In this document: positions 1 to 6,874 of the stretch, piece by piece
Layout: each line of letters begins with the position of its first letter
Numbering within the stretch: the stretch's first letter is position 1
IMG/VR virus record: IMGVR_UViG_3300021560_000032
Location: 1 to 39,555 of that record
DNA from: a virus
Taxonomy: Duplodnaviria; Caudoviricetes
Strand: one strand, 5' to 3'
Length of the DNA: 39,555 bases
Translations under genes and position numbers: made by a program
Notes under the pieces: model-generated
Told to the model about the DNA's origin: nothing
The model's input: only the letters and a program-made list of their open reading frames with translations
Database searches by the model: none

Positions 1-1
1 G

Positions 2-133
2 CAAGAGCGTGCGAAGATGTCTCCCGAGGAGAAGGCGCTCTCGATTCTTGCCAAAGGCGGTATCAAAATCACAGCCGATCAGCTTCGCGCTGCTCTTGCA
101 AGCATTCAAGCGCAGGCTGCGACGACGGCCTAA
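2..133 (+). CDS. C-terminal end of a hypothetical protein (partial, runs off window)
   Basis: Frame 2 is open from the window edge: QERAKMSPEEKALSILAKGGIKITADQLRAALASIQAQAATTA, TAA at 131-133. Confidence 0.6.
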   Translation, partial: QERAKMSPEEKALSILAKGGIKITADQLRAALASIQAQAATTA

Positions 134-285
134 CGACGTTAGTACGATTCCGGCTTAGTTTCTTCACTCTAGAACGCGACCGGATGAGTGCTACTAACCG
201 CTATCTGCTTAGCAGATTCTGAGCCAGTGCGGTGAAGCTGGCTCAATGAATTCCCTCCGCTTCCAACGGAGGTGTGTTGCGGGGA

Positions 286-339
286 GCGACCTTCGGTCTC
301 CTAATGACATAGCGCCGAAGGTCGCCTTTTTGTCTTTTT
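286..339 (+). terminator. Probable intrinsic terminator
   Basis: 11-bp stem GCGACCTTCGG (286-296) / CCGAAGGTCGC (315-325) followed by CTTTTTGTCTTTTT. Confidence 0.55.
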
Positions 340-467
340 AGCGTTCTACTCTGAGACTCGAAAGAGCATCTGCGTCAGACTCGCCTCATAGATTCACACT
401 GAGTCGCGCTCAGTGAGGCACCTCTGGTGAAAGAAGTCGGTAGGCAGAGTAGAACGCTAAGGAGACA
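331..467 (+). promoter_or_regulatory. Structured RNA element whose closing stem sequesters an SD sequence
   Basis: 23-bp stem 331-353 / 445-467 with two G-U pairs, enclosing further hairpins; AAGGAG (459-464) lies in the stem. Confidence 0.5.
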
Positions 468-472
468 CGAAC

Positions 473-523
473 ATGGAACATCCGCATCCAGAGCTATTTG
501 ACCGCCAAGAGGCAATACTTTGA
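473..523 (+). CDS. Possible 16-aa leader peptide (MEHPHPELFDRQEAIL)
   Basis: AAGGAG 8 nt upstream of ATG 473; TGA at 521-523. Confidence 0.3.
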   Translation: MEHPHPELFDRQEAIL

Positions 524-549
524 ACAGCAGACCAAGAAAGTGGTGACGA

Positions 550-1032
550 ATGGCGATTCGCTGTAGAATCTGGTGGGACGTCCAAACAGGCTCCTACATC
601 CTGACGCTCGTTCCAGATAAAAACCTCAAGACTGTCGTCGCTTTGCTGAAGAGCTCAATACCTTCAGGTGATCGAGACTACGACCCAAAAACAAACTTTT
701 GGTACATGAAAGAGCAATATGGCGAAGCCGTTCGAGGCTTTGTCGGAGCTGTCTACGGAATTGGAAGCGTCAGCTTCACGAGCAAGACAGTCGTCGAGCA
801 AGCTCAACAACAAGCCCCACTGACACTCCCGTCGACGCCAATCCAGCAAGTCGTAAACGAGTTTGTAGCTCTCGTAGGAGACAAAGACGCATCCTTCTCC
901 TACGTAAGTGCAAAGAAAGCCTATCGCAAAGCCTCTCTAGCATTTCATCCCGACCACGGAGGCGATCCATCGAAGATGGCTCGGTTGAATGAGCTTTGGT
1001 CAAGGCTTAAAGGAGAGTTTTACAAGAGATGA
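550..1032 (+). CDS. DnaJ/J-domain protein (C-terminal J domain)
   Basis: KKAYRKASLAFHPDHGGDPSKMARLNELW carries the J-domain HPD motif. Confidence 0.85.
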   Translation: MAIRCRIWWDVQTGSYILTLVPDKNLKTVVALLKSSIPSGDRDYDPKTNFWYMKEQYGEAVRGFVGAVYGIGSVSFTSKTVVEQAQQQAPLTLPSTPIQQVVNEFVALVGDKDASFSYVSAKKAYRKASLAFHPDHGGDPSKMARLNELWSRLKGEFYKR

Positions 1033-1256
1033 TAATTACAGTTAAGATTAAACCACCAACTGAGTGGTGTTTTCCTCAAGCACGAATTCCCGGATGGGCA
1101 AGTTGGAAAGAAGGAAGGACGACAAAAATCGATACAGAGCAGCTTAGCTCAAAGCCCTGCCTCTTTGCAGGAGTAGACAATCCGGGACGGATGTTTCGTT
1201 GCGTCGACGGAACAGCGGATTTTTATTGTGAGCACAATATCATCATCGGAGACTGA
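1029..1256 (+). CDS. Hypothetical protein
   Basis: 75-aa ORF with ATGA overlap with the upstream gene. Confidence 0.65.
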   Translation: MIITVKIKPPTEWCFPQARIPGWASWKEGRTTKIDTEQLSSKPCLFAGVDNPGRMFRCVDGTADFYCEHNIIIGD

Positions 1257-1268
1257 AAGGAGAAAGCT

Positions 1269-2024
1269 ATGTCAAACGAAGTAGTGAAAAAACCCGAGCA
1301 GACCGCTCTGCTCAAAGGAGGTAAGCTTTCAGCTTCGCGAACTTCGTTTCAAGACCGCGTTCGACAGAACGTAGTTGATATCGAGACGCTACCGCATCGT
1401 ATCTGCCTCATGCTTGACAAATCATCGAGCATGAACACCTACGAGGCTTCGCGTAGCGGTAGCGACAGCACACGTATTGAGCTGCTTAAGCAAGCTCTTG
1501 AGAACTTCGTTCAACGATGCGACTTCAGCAATACAGCTATCGCTATTGAGACCTTTCCTCCAAGTATCTCAATACCTCTAACGAACAACTTAGCTGTCTT
1601 GTCAGCTAGTAGCTTCGGACTCGACGCTTCAGGCAACACTCCAATGCGCGCCTGCGTCGAGCGTAGCTTGGAGAAGTTCAAGATGACACGCGGGGTTATC
1701 GTAAGCGATGGCGAGGCTACCGACTGGAATCGTCGTAACTACTCAGACGACCTCGATGGAGAAGTCGGTAATTGTCCAACAGACGATATTCTCTTCAAAT
1801 ACAAACAGCTTGGTATTCCTATCGACTGCGTTCACATCTCTAACGACAGTGGCGGTGAGGCTTTGCTTCGTCGTATCGCTAAAGAAACTGGCGGTATCTT
1901 CATGAAGTTTACCGATGTAAGCTCCTTCGCAGCCAATTTTGGTTATTTGACACCCGGCTTCCGAGCCATGCTTACAGACGGCTCGCTTACAGCGGAGCAG
2001 TTGGGAGCGAAGGAGATTCGATGA
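1269..2024 (+). CDS. von Willebrand factor A (vWA) domain protein
   Basis: MIDAS elements: LMLDKSSSM (DxSxS), GNTPM, VIVSDG; C-terminal LLRRIAKETGG; SD AAGGAG. Confidence 0.85.
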   Translation: MSNEVVKKPEQTALLKGGKLSASRTSFQDRVRQNVVDIETLPHRICLMLDKSSSMNTYEASRSGSDSTRIELLKQALENFVQRCDFSNTAIAIETFPPSISIPLTNNLAVLSASSFGLDASGNTPMRACVERSLEKFKMTRGVIVSDGEATDWNRRNYSDDLDGEVGNCPTDDILFKYKQLGIPIDCVHISNDSGGEALLRRIAKETGGIFMKFTDVSSFAANFGYLTPGFRAMLTDGSLTAEQLGAKEIR

Positions 2025-2368
2025 GTAGAGGAAATCCTTTCAGTAGAGGAGCTGCCTACCAGAACGTTCGCAGATATCTTCCTCCAGCAAGGAATTTTCC
2101 CTGCAAAGATTGTGGGAAGCAAGCCGAAGAGTATGACCATTACGATGGATACCTCGACTGGAGGAAAGTCCATCCCGTCTGTAAGTCTTGTCACACTAAA
2201 AGAGAGATCTCGAGAGGAAAGAACATTGGAAAGTATGCTCGTGTTCTAAACAACAAAATCGGCCCGAGGATGAAAGACGGAAGGTTCCTCTCAATACAAG
2301 CGACCAAACAACGTCGTTCAGAAAGAGCAATAAAACGGCTTGCGGAGGTTCAAGGATGCAAGAGCTGA
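2021..2368 (+). CDS. HNH-like endonuclease / Zn-binding protein
   Basis: CKDC...EYDH...PVCKSCH pattern with a basic C-terminal tail. Confidence 0.6.
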   Translation: MSRGNPFSRGAAYQNVRRYLPPARNFPCKDCGKQAEEYDHYDGYLDWRKVHPVCKSCHTKREISRGKNIGKYARVLNNKIGPRMKDGRFLSIQATKQRRSERAIKRLAEVQGCKS

Positions 2369-3498
2369 CGCAAGAACAGAAGAACGTAATTACTGTCTTA
2401 ACCGCAAAGATGGTCGAGTTAGGACTAAAAGCTCGTCCTCTCACTCAAGTATCGGTAGGACCGATTGTCACAGTCTATCGATTCTTTCCAGAGGGAAGCA
2501 CAAAAGTTTCTCAGATCGAAAGTCTGTCACAGGACTTTGCAGTCGTTCTTGGAGCTGAAGATATAATTGCCAAAAGGATGCCGGGCGAATCTGCTGTCGG
2601 CGTTTTTGTACCTAATAAGACGAGACAGGATGTCAAATGGTTCAACCTCTGTACTATCGACAAAACGAAGTACAAGATCGGTTTGCTTCTAGGCATAGAC
2701 TATCTTGGCAAGACCGTCATTGAGGATTTACCCTCTTTACCTCATCTGCTGATAGCAGGCTCGACAGGAGGAGGCAAGTCAACTCTTCTGAACTCACTGA
2801 TAGGCTCAACTATTCTGAACTACGACAAAGCCGACGTAGAGCTAGTACTCTGCGACATTAAAGAAGGCGTTGAGTTCTCGCAATTCTCGAAAGCTCCTCA
2901 CTTGCGTAGCCTTATAGCTACGAGTGTCGATATGACCCATATCCGTATGGATGAGCTTATCGACGAGATGAACCGCAGGTATCAACTCTATGCTAAAGAT
3001 AACGTCAAAAACATCACCGAATACAACGCCAAGCGTCAAGGCTCAACGACTCGTCTCCCATACGTGGCTCTTATTATCGACGAGTTCGCAGATTTGCTTA
3101 GCGACAAGCGTGTCGTCGAAGACCCCGAGAAGGGCTTCAAAGACAACGGCGACATGCGAACTTCTCGTGCTGGAGAGATTGCCTCGAGAAAGCTTTCGAA
3201 GCTTGCTTCGAAGGCTCGGGCTTCAGGCATTCACCTTATCCTCGCGACTCAGCGGCCAAGCGCTAAACTCTTGGAAGGTGATATCAAATCAAACTTCCCT
3301 GCTCGCTTGGCTTTCCGACTACCGAGTCAGACAGATAGCAGGGTCGTTCTTGATACAGGGGGAGCTGAGCATCTCCTCACCCGCGGAGATATGCTTTTTA
3401 TCAACCCAAATCGACCCGGTCTTGTGCGAATACATGCTCCGTTCTGTACGGCATCAGATGTTCAGGCTGCAATAGACTTCGCTTTGCAGAGGAGATGA
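2356..3498 (+). CDS. FtsK/SpoIIIE-family ATPase (alpha and motor domains; no TM or gamma domain)
   Basis: PHLLIAGSTGGGKS (Walker A), IIDEFADL (Walker B), ARASGIHLILATQRPS, DSRVVLD..GAEHLL..GDML. Confidence 0.92.
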   Translation: MQELTQEQKNVITVLTAKMVELGLKARPLTQVSVGPIVTVYRFFPEGSTKVSQIESLSQDFAVVLGAEDIIAKRMPGESAVGVFVPNKTRQDVKWFNLCTIDKTKYKIGLLLGIDYLGKTVIEDLPSLPHLLIAGSTGGGKSTLLNSLIGSTILNYDKADVELVLCDIKEGVEFSQFSKAPHLRSLIATSVDMTHIRMDELIDEMNRRYQLYAKDNVKNITEYNAKRQGSTTRLPYVALIIDEFADLLSDKRVVEDPEKGFKDNGDMRTSRAGEIASRKLSKLASKARASGIHLILATQRPSAKLLEGDIKSNFPARLAFRLPSQTDSRVVLDTGGAEHLLTRGDMLFINPNRPGLVRIHAPFCTASDVQAAIDFALQRR

Positions 3499-3499
3499 C

Positions 3500-3727
3500 A
3501 TGAGAATCATACTACTCAATATAGCTCTAGGAGCCCTTGTTATAGGAATTTTTCTTACATGGTGCTGGCTCGTAGGAAGAGTTTTGTATCCAGACCCACC
3601 TTCACTATACAAATTCGCTCATCGACAGTCTACACGAGTTGGATTAGGCTTTTTATTCAGTGGTTGTGTCTTTTGTATTTTGCTGTTTTTCTACTGTATA
3701 GGAACTCTTCTGAAGCGTTTATTTTGA
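3500..3727 (+). CDS. Small membrane protein (two predicted TM helices)
   Basis: Two hydrophobic stretches; SD AGGAG; AT-rich. Confidence 0.65.
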   Translation: MRIILLNIALGALVIGIFLTWCWLVGRVLYPDPPSLYKFAHRQSTRVGLGFLFSGCVFCILLFFYCIGTLLKRLF

Positions 3728-3832
3728 GTATAACACAAAGCTTCGCCTTTTGCGGCTTAGAGTATAGTTAGTAACTGCCTTTCGCTTTTTGTTTGCCACT
3801 ACGTAACCTATTGTAAACACAGGGGTTACACC

Positions 3833-3861
3833 TTGACTCGGCCAGCCTGCCATGCTAAAGT
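3833..3861 (+). promoter_or_regulatory. sigma70-type promoter with extended -10
   Basis: TTGACT (3833-3838), 17-bp spacer, TGc-TAAAGT (-10 at 3856-3861). Confidence 0.65.
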
Positions 3862-3869
3862 TACTAACC

Positions 3870-4076
3870 GTGGCAGCCTCACCAAACCAAGTCGTTGTGA
3901 CGTGCTGGATTGACAAAGACCTCTGGGGAGACCTAAAACGGCTACATCCCCACTATGGTGAGGTTTCAAAGGTTTTGCGGGAGCTTATACGCTCCTATAC
4001 GAGAGAAAAGCTTTGGAAGTTCAAATCTCAAGGGAGGAAATTAAGAACAAAGACGAGTTTGGTGGCTACTGATTAG
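3870..4076 (+). CDS. Ribbon-helix-helix (CopG/Arc-like) DNA-binding protein, possibly leaderless
   Basis: VVVTCWIDKDLWGDLKRL...VSKVLRELIRSY fits a strand-helix-helix pattern; GTG 3870 lies just after the predicted TSS, while the track start 3852 is inside the promoter. Confidence 0.55.
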   Translation: MAASPNQVVVTCWIDKDLWGDLKRLHPHYGEVSKVLRELIRSYTREKLWKFKSQGRKLRTKTSLVATD

Positions 4077-4082
4077 CTTACA

Positions 4083-4159
4083 TGACACATAGCTCAATCT
4101 GGTAGAGCAACAGGTTAATACCCTGTAGGTCGTTGGTTCAAATCCAACTGTGACAGCCA
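4083..4159 (+). tRNA. tRNA with anticodon AAT (nominally Ile), CCA encoded
   Basis: Full cloverleaf: acceptor TGACACA/TGTGACA (A3-A70 mismatch), D arm GCTC/GAGC, anticodon arm ACAGG-TTAATAC-CCTGT, T arm GTTGG-TTCAAAT-CCAAC, G73, CCA. Confidence 0.85.
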
Positions 4160-4186
4160 AAACAAAGCTAAACGACTCGCCACCAT

Positions 4187-4333
4187 TGACATTGACGTCT
4201 ACTGTAACAGCTTACACGACTATGGATCGTGAAATGCGGGTTCGAATCCCGCCGAGGCGAAGGTAGGGCGCACCTCCTGAGCTTCGTAGTGTAATGGTAA
4301 CACGCAAAAATGAGCTGAGACGACTCGACGTCA
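4187..4333 (+). ncRNA. Y RNA (YrlA-like) containing a circularly permuted tRNA module
   Basis: 5' and 3' ends pair; inside, the order is anticodon-like arm, T arm GCGGG-TTCGAAT-CCCGC, loop-closed acceptor stem CGAGGC/GCTTCG, TA, D arm GTGT-AATGGTA-ACAC; directly upstream of a Ro60-like gene. Confidence 0.8.
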
Positions 4334-4369
4334 TTTAGTAAGTTAGATTGCGAAGCAAAGAGGCACAGA

Positions 4370-5848
4370 ATGGAATCGACAGCCCTAACGAAGCAGAAGA
4401 TCGTCGCTGAACTCTCCCGCAGTCCGCACGGAAAACTCACAGAATATCTCGACGTAGGTACTCAAGCAGCGAGGCTTGAGCCTGAGTTCTTCGCTCACCT
4501 TATTGCTTGGGATGCACTGAAAGGGCAGGTTCGCGATGCGAAGGTCGCGTTGCCTATCATCTCGCTTACCTCAATGCCTAACGACCTTGTCGAGAATAGC
4601 TTTGCTCACCTAGCAAAGCTAAATCCTCGTGAGTTCTTGCGAGCGTATCGCTTTGGTCTTGAGCTTCGTATACCGAATCGGATGCGTAAGCTTCGTGCAT
4701 TCGCTTCCCTATATTTGCGAGAGCTCGAAGCTCTCGGCTATTGGGAATCCATCGCTATCCAACATCGAGCGGTGCTCAAGGAGCTTTATGCACTGACGCA
4801 CACGAAGCCTGCTTTCTTCGTCAATGAGATTCTATTCGACAAGAATTATCTGCCGGGGAGTATCTTTACCGCTGTGAAACAGCTCAAGGATATGTCTCCG
4901 ACCGAAGCCGCCGGAACAATCCTAACGCGCAAGATTCCCTTCTTGATTGCAATGGGAGCTCTTGGTAAGAAGGTCAAAGAGCCTGATCTCGTGCTTGCCC
5001 TCATGAGTAGGATGTCTCCGACAGAACTCGTTACGAATATGAAAATGCTCGAACGCCTCGGTGCAAAGACACATCCTGCTCTGCGCGGAATGCTCGAGAC
5101 GAAGCTTGGCGAAGCTTCAAAGAGTAAAGCAAATGTTCTTAAAACCACTGAAGCCGCGAGCGCGGTATCTGACTCCTCGCTCAAAGCGAAGCTTGAAGCT
5201 GTTCAAGAGAAGCAGATTGACTCTATTTCTGTGGAGGGAAATTGGCTTGTCTTAGCAGATAAGTCAGGCTCAATGACTCAAAGCATCGAAGCAGCGAAGC
5301 TCGTTGCCGGAACGCTAGCCAAGCTCGTTAAGGGCAAAGTCTGGCTCATTTTCTTCGATACTATGCCAATAACAATCGACGTTACGGGCTGTTCTCTCGA
5401 TGTAATTCGCAAAGCGACTCAACATATTCAAGCTGCTGGCGGTACGTCGATCGGCTGTGGTCTCCTACGGATGCTCGAAGTCAAGGAGGAAATCGACGGC
5501 ATCGCTATCGTAAGCGACGGCTGTGAAAACGTCGCTCCCGAATTTTGGCCTGTTTATGCTCGTTACAGCGAGCAGTTCGGCAAAGAAGTTCCGGTGTATT
5601 TGTACCGTGTTCACGGTCAGGATAATGAAATGTACTACGAACAGTTCGTTCGGAGACACGACATTCAGGTCTTTGACCTTGGATATACACCGGATTACTA
5701 CTCTTTGCCCAATCTCGTCAAAACGATGCGAAGCAACCGCTACTCACTCGTTGATGAAATCATGTCAACGAAGCTTTTGTCTTTGAAAGACGTTCTCAAG
5801 AACGTCAGTGCTTCAAAAGAAAAGGAGGTGAAATATGTCACAGCTTGA
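4370..5848 (+). CDS. Ro60/Rsr-like TROVE domain protein with C-terminal vWA domain
   Basis: TROVE-like segments EPEFFAHLIAW...VRD, LKELYALTHTKP, MSPTELVTNM; vWA MIDAS LADKSGSM, GGTSIG, IVSDGCEN; about 490 aa. Confidence 0.8.
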   Translation: MESTALTKQKIVAELSRSPHGKLTEYLDVGTQAARLEPEFFAHLIAWDALKGQVRDAKVALPIISLTSMPNDLVENSFAHLAKLNPREFLRAYRFGLELRIPNRMRKLRAFASLYLRELEALGYWESIAIQHRAVLKELYALTHTKPAFFVNEILFDKNYLPGSIFTAVKQLKDMSPTEAAGTILTRKIPFLIAMGALGKKVKEPDLVLALMSRMSPTELVTNMKMLERLGAKTHPALRGMLETKLGEASKSKANVLKTTEAASAVSDSSLKAKLEAVQEKQIDSISVEGNWLVLADKSGSMTQSIEAAKLVAGTLAKLVKGKVWLIFFDTMPITIDVTGCSLDVIRKATQHIQAAGGTSIGCGLLRMLEVKEEIDGIAIVSDGCENVAPEFWPVYARYSEQFGKEVPVYLYRVHGQDNEMYYEQFVRRHDIQVFDLGYTPDYYSLPNLVKTMRSNRYSLVDEIMSTKLLSLKDVLKNVSASKEKEVKYVTA

Positions 5849-6140
5849 TAAGTTCATGAACTTTAGTGTCGACGGAGCAACATTCGACGAACTTGTTGAA
5901 CTGAGCGCCTTTGCTCGTCAGCTTCGTAGCGAGTACGAGACGCTTCGTCTCGACGAGCCCGAATGGGTTAGTATACAGACTAGTACAATTCGTCGCGAGA
6001 TTGGTGTTCGCGGCGAAGATGCTCGTCAAGCTCGAATCCGCGAAATCAACAGCAGACTGGCGTCGCTTAAGACAAATGAGGAAAAGAAGACGGACCTCCT
6101 CAGGGAACTTGAACGTCTGTCTGGCAAAACATCGGCGTAG
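5835..6140 (+). CDS. Hypothetical coiled-coil protein coupled to the Ro60-like gene
   Basis: Strong SD AAGGAGGTG; overlaps the end of the Ro gene; helical and charged. Confidence 0.8.
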   Translation: MSQLDKFMNFSVDGATFDELVELSAFARQLRSEYETLRLDEPEWVSIQTSTIRREIGVRGEDARQARIREINSRLASLKTNEEKKTDLLRELERLSGKTSA

Positions 6141-6250
6141 CTTCCAACTACGTCGAACTGTAAATCCAAGAGTGGAGGCTACAGCGCTTTTGAGAGTACC
6201 TCTAAAAGAGAAGGCTCAAAAGTGGAGGCAAGCCACTCAAAGAGGCACAA

Positions 6251-6874
6251 ATGCAAGAGCACGAAGATGGACTACCCTCCGCAGAGGATCTCGACGCGAT
6301 AGCGGAGGAGCAAAGCATTGCTGACGCAACTGCTAACATTGTTAACAATAGTTTCTGCGTAACGTGTCAACAGCCGGCGTCGAGGATTTGCACGCATTGT
6401 GGTCAGGAGTTTTGTTCCAAACACTTTTGTATCACTCATGAATTTGGCGTCGAGAGTAAGCCTCTCGTCGATGACGAAGGCGCAACGCATAAAGGTCGTC
6501 ACATACGGTTAATAGGCGAAGGTTGGCCTAATCATTTACTCCTCATAAAAGACCTCTCCGATATCGAACTCGACAAACGAATAGCTGACCTGCAAGGCAA
6601 GCTCACCGAAGCAATCCGAACAGCCGATTACACTCAGATATCGCTTGCGGCTCATGAATTTGAGCGTGACTACAGGGCTCACAGCCGACATGTCGCAGCG
6701 ATAAAACGTCGTGAGAAGCTTGAGAAGCAGGGGCAGATTCGCCTTAACGCGAAGAAACATTCTGCCGTAGGCAAGACAATTCCAGCCGACATAGCTGCAC
6801 TCATGAAGCTTGCAAACATCACCTATGAGCAAGCTGTCGCGCTGAAAGCACAGCTTGGGAAGGCGAAGTCATGA
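6251..6874 (+). CDS. Zn-finger (AN1/B-box-like) plus coiled-coil protein
   Basis: CVTC..ICTHC...FCSKHFCITH cluster followed by a long heptad region. Confidence 0.75.
   Translation: MQEHEDGLPSAEDLDAIAEEQSIADATANIVNNSFCVTCQQPASRICTHCGQEFCSKHFCITHEFGVESKPLVDDEGATHKGRHIRLIGEGWPNHLLLIKDLSDIELDKRIADLQGKLTEAIRTADYTQISLAAHEFERDYRAHSRHVAAIKRREKLEKQGQIRLNAKKHSAVGKTIPADIAALMKLANITYEQAVALKAQLGKAKS

Noticed and set aside
345-440. Hammerhead ribozyme (CTGA...GAAA)
   Set aside because: No CUGANGA core with a correctly placed GAAA and stems
4177-4260. Conventional linear tRNA ending at the GGTTCGAATCC T arm
   Set aside because: No D arm lies upstream and only 5 bp (TCGCC/GGCGA) of acceptor pairing is possible; the D arm and matching acceptor strand lie downstream, giving a permuted arrangement
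4168-4440. 90-aa minus-strand ORF
   Set aside because: Antisense to the Y RNA and the Ro start; PRRDSNP is the typical translation of an antisense T arm
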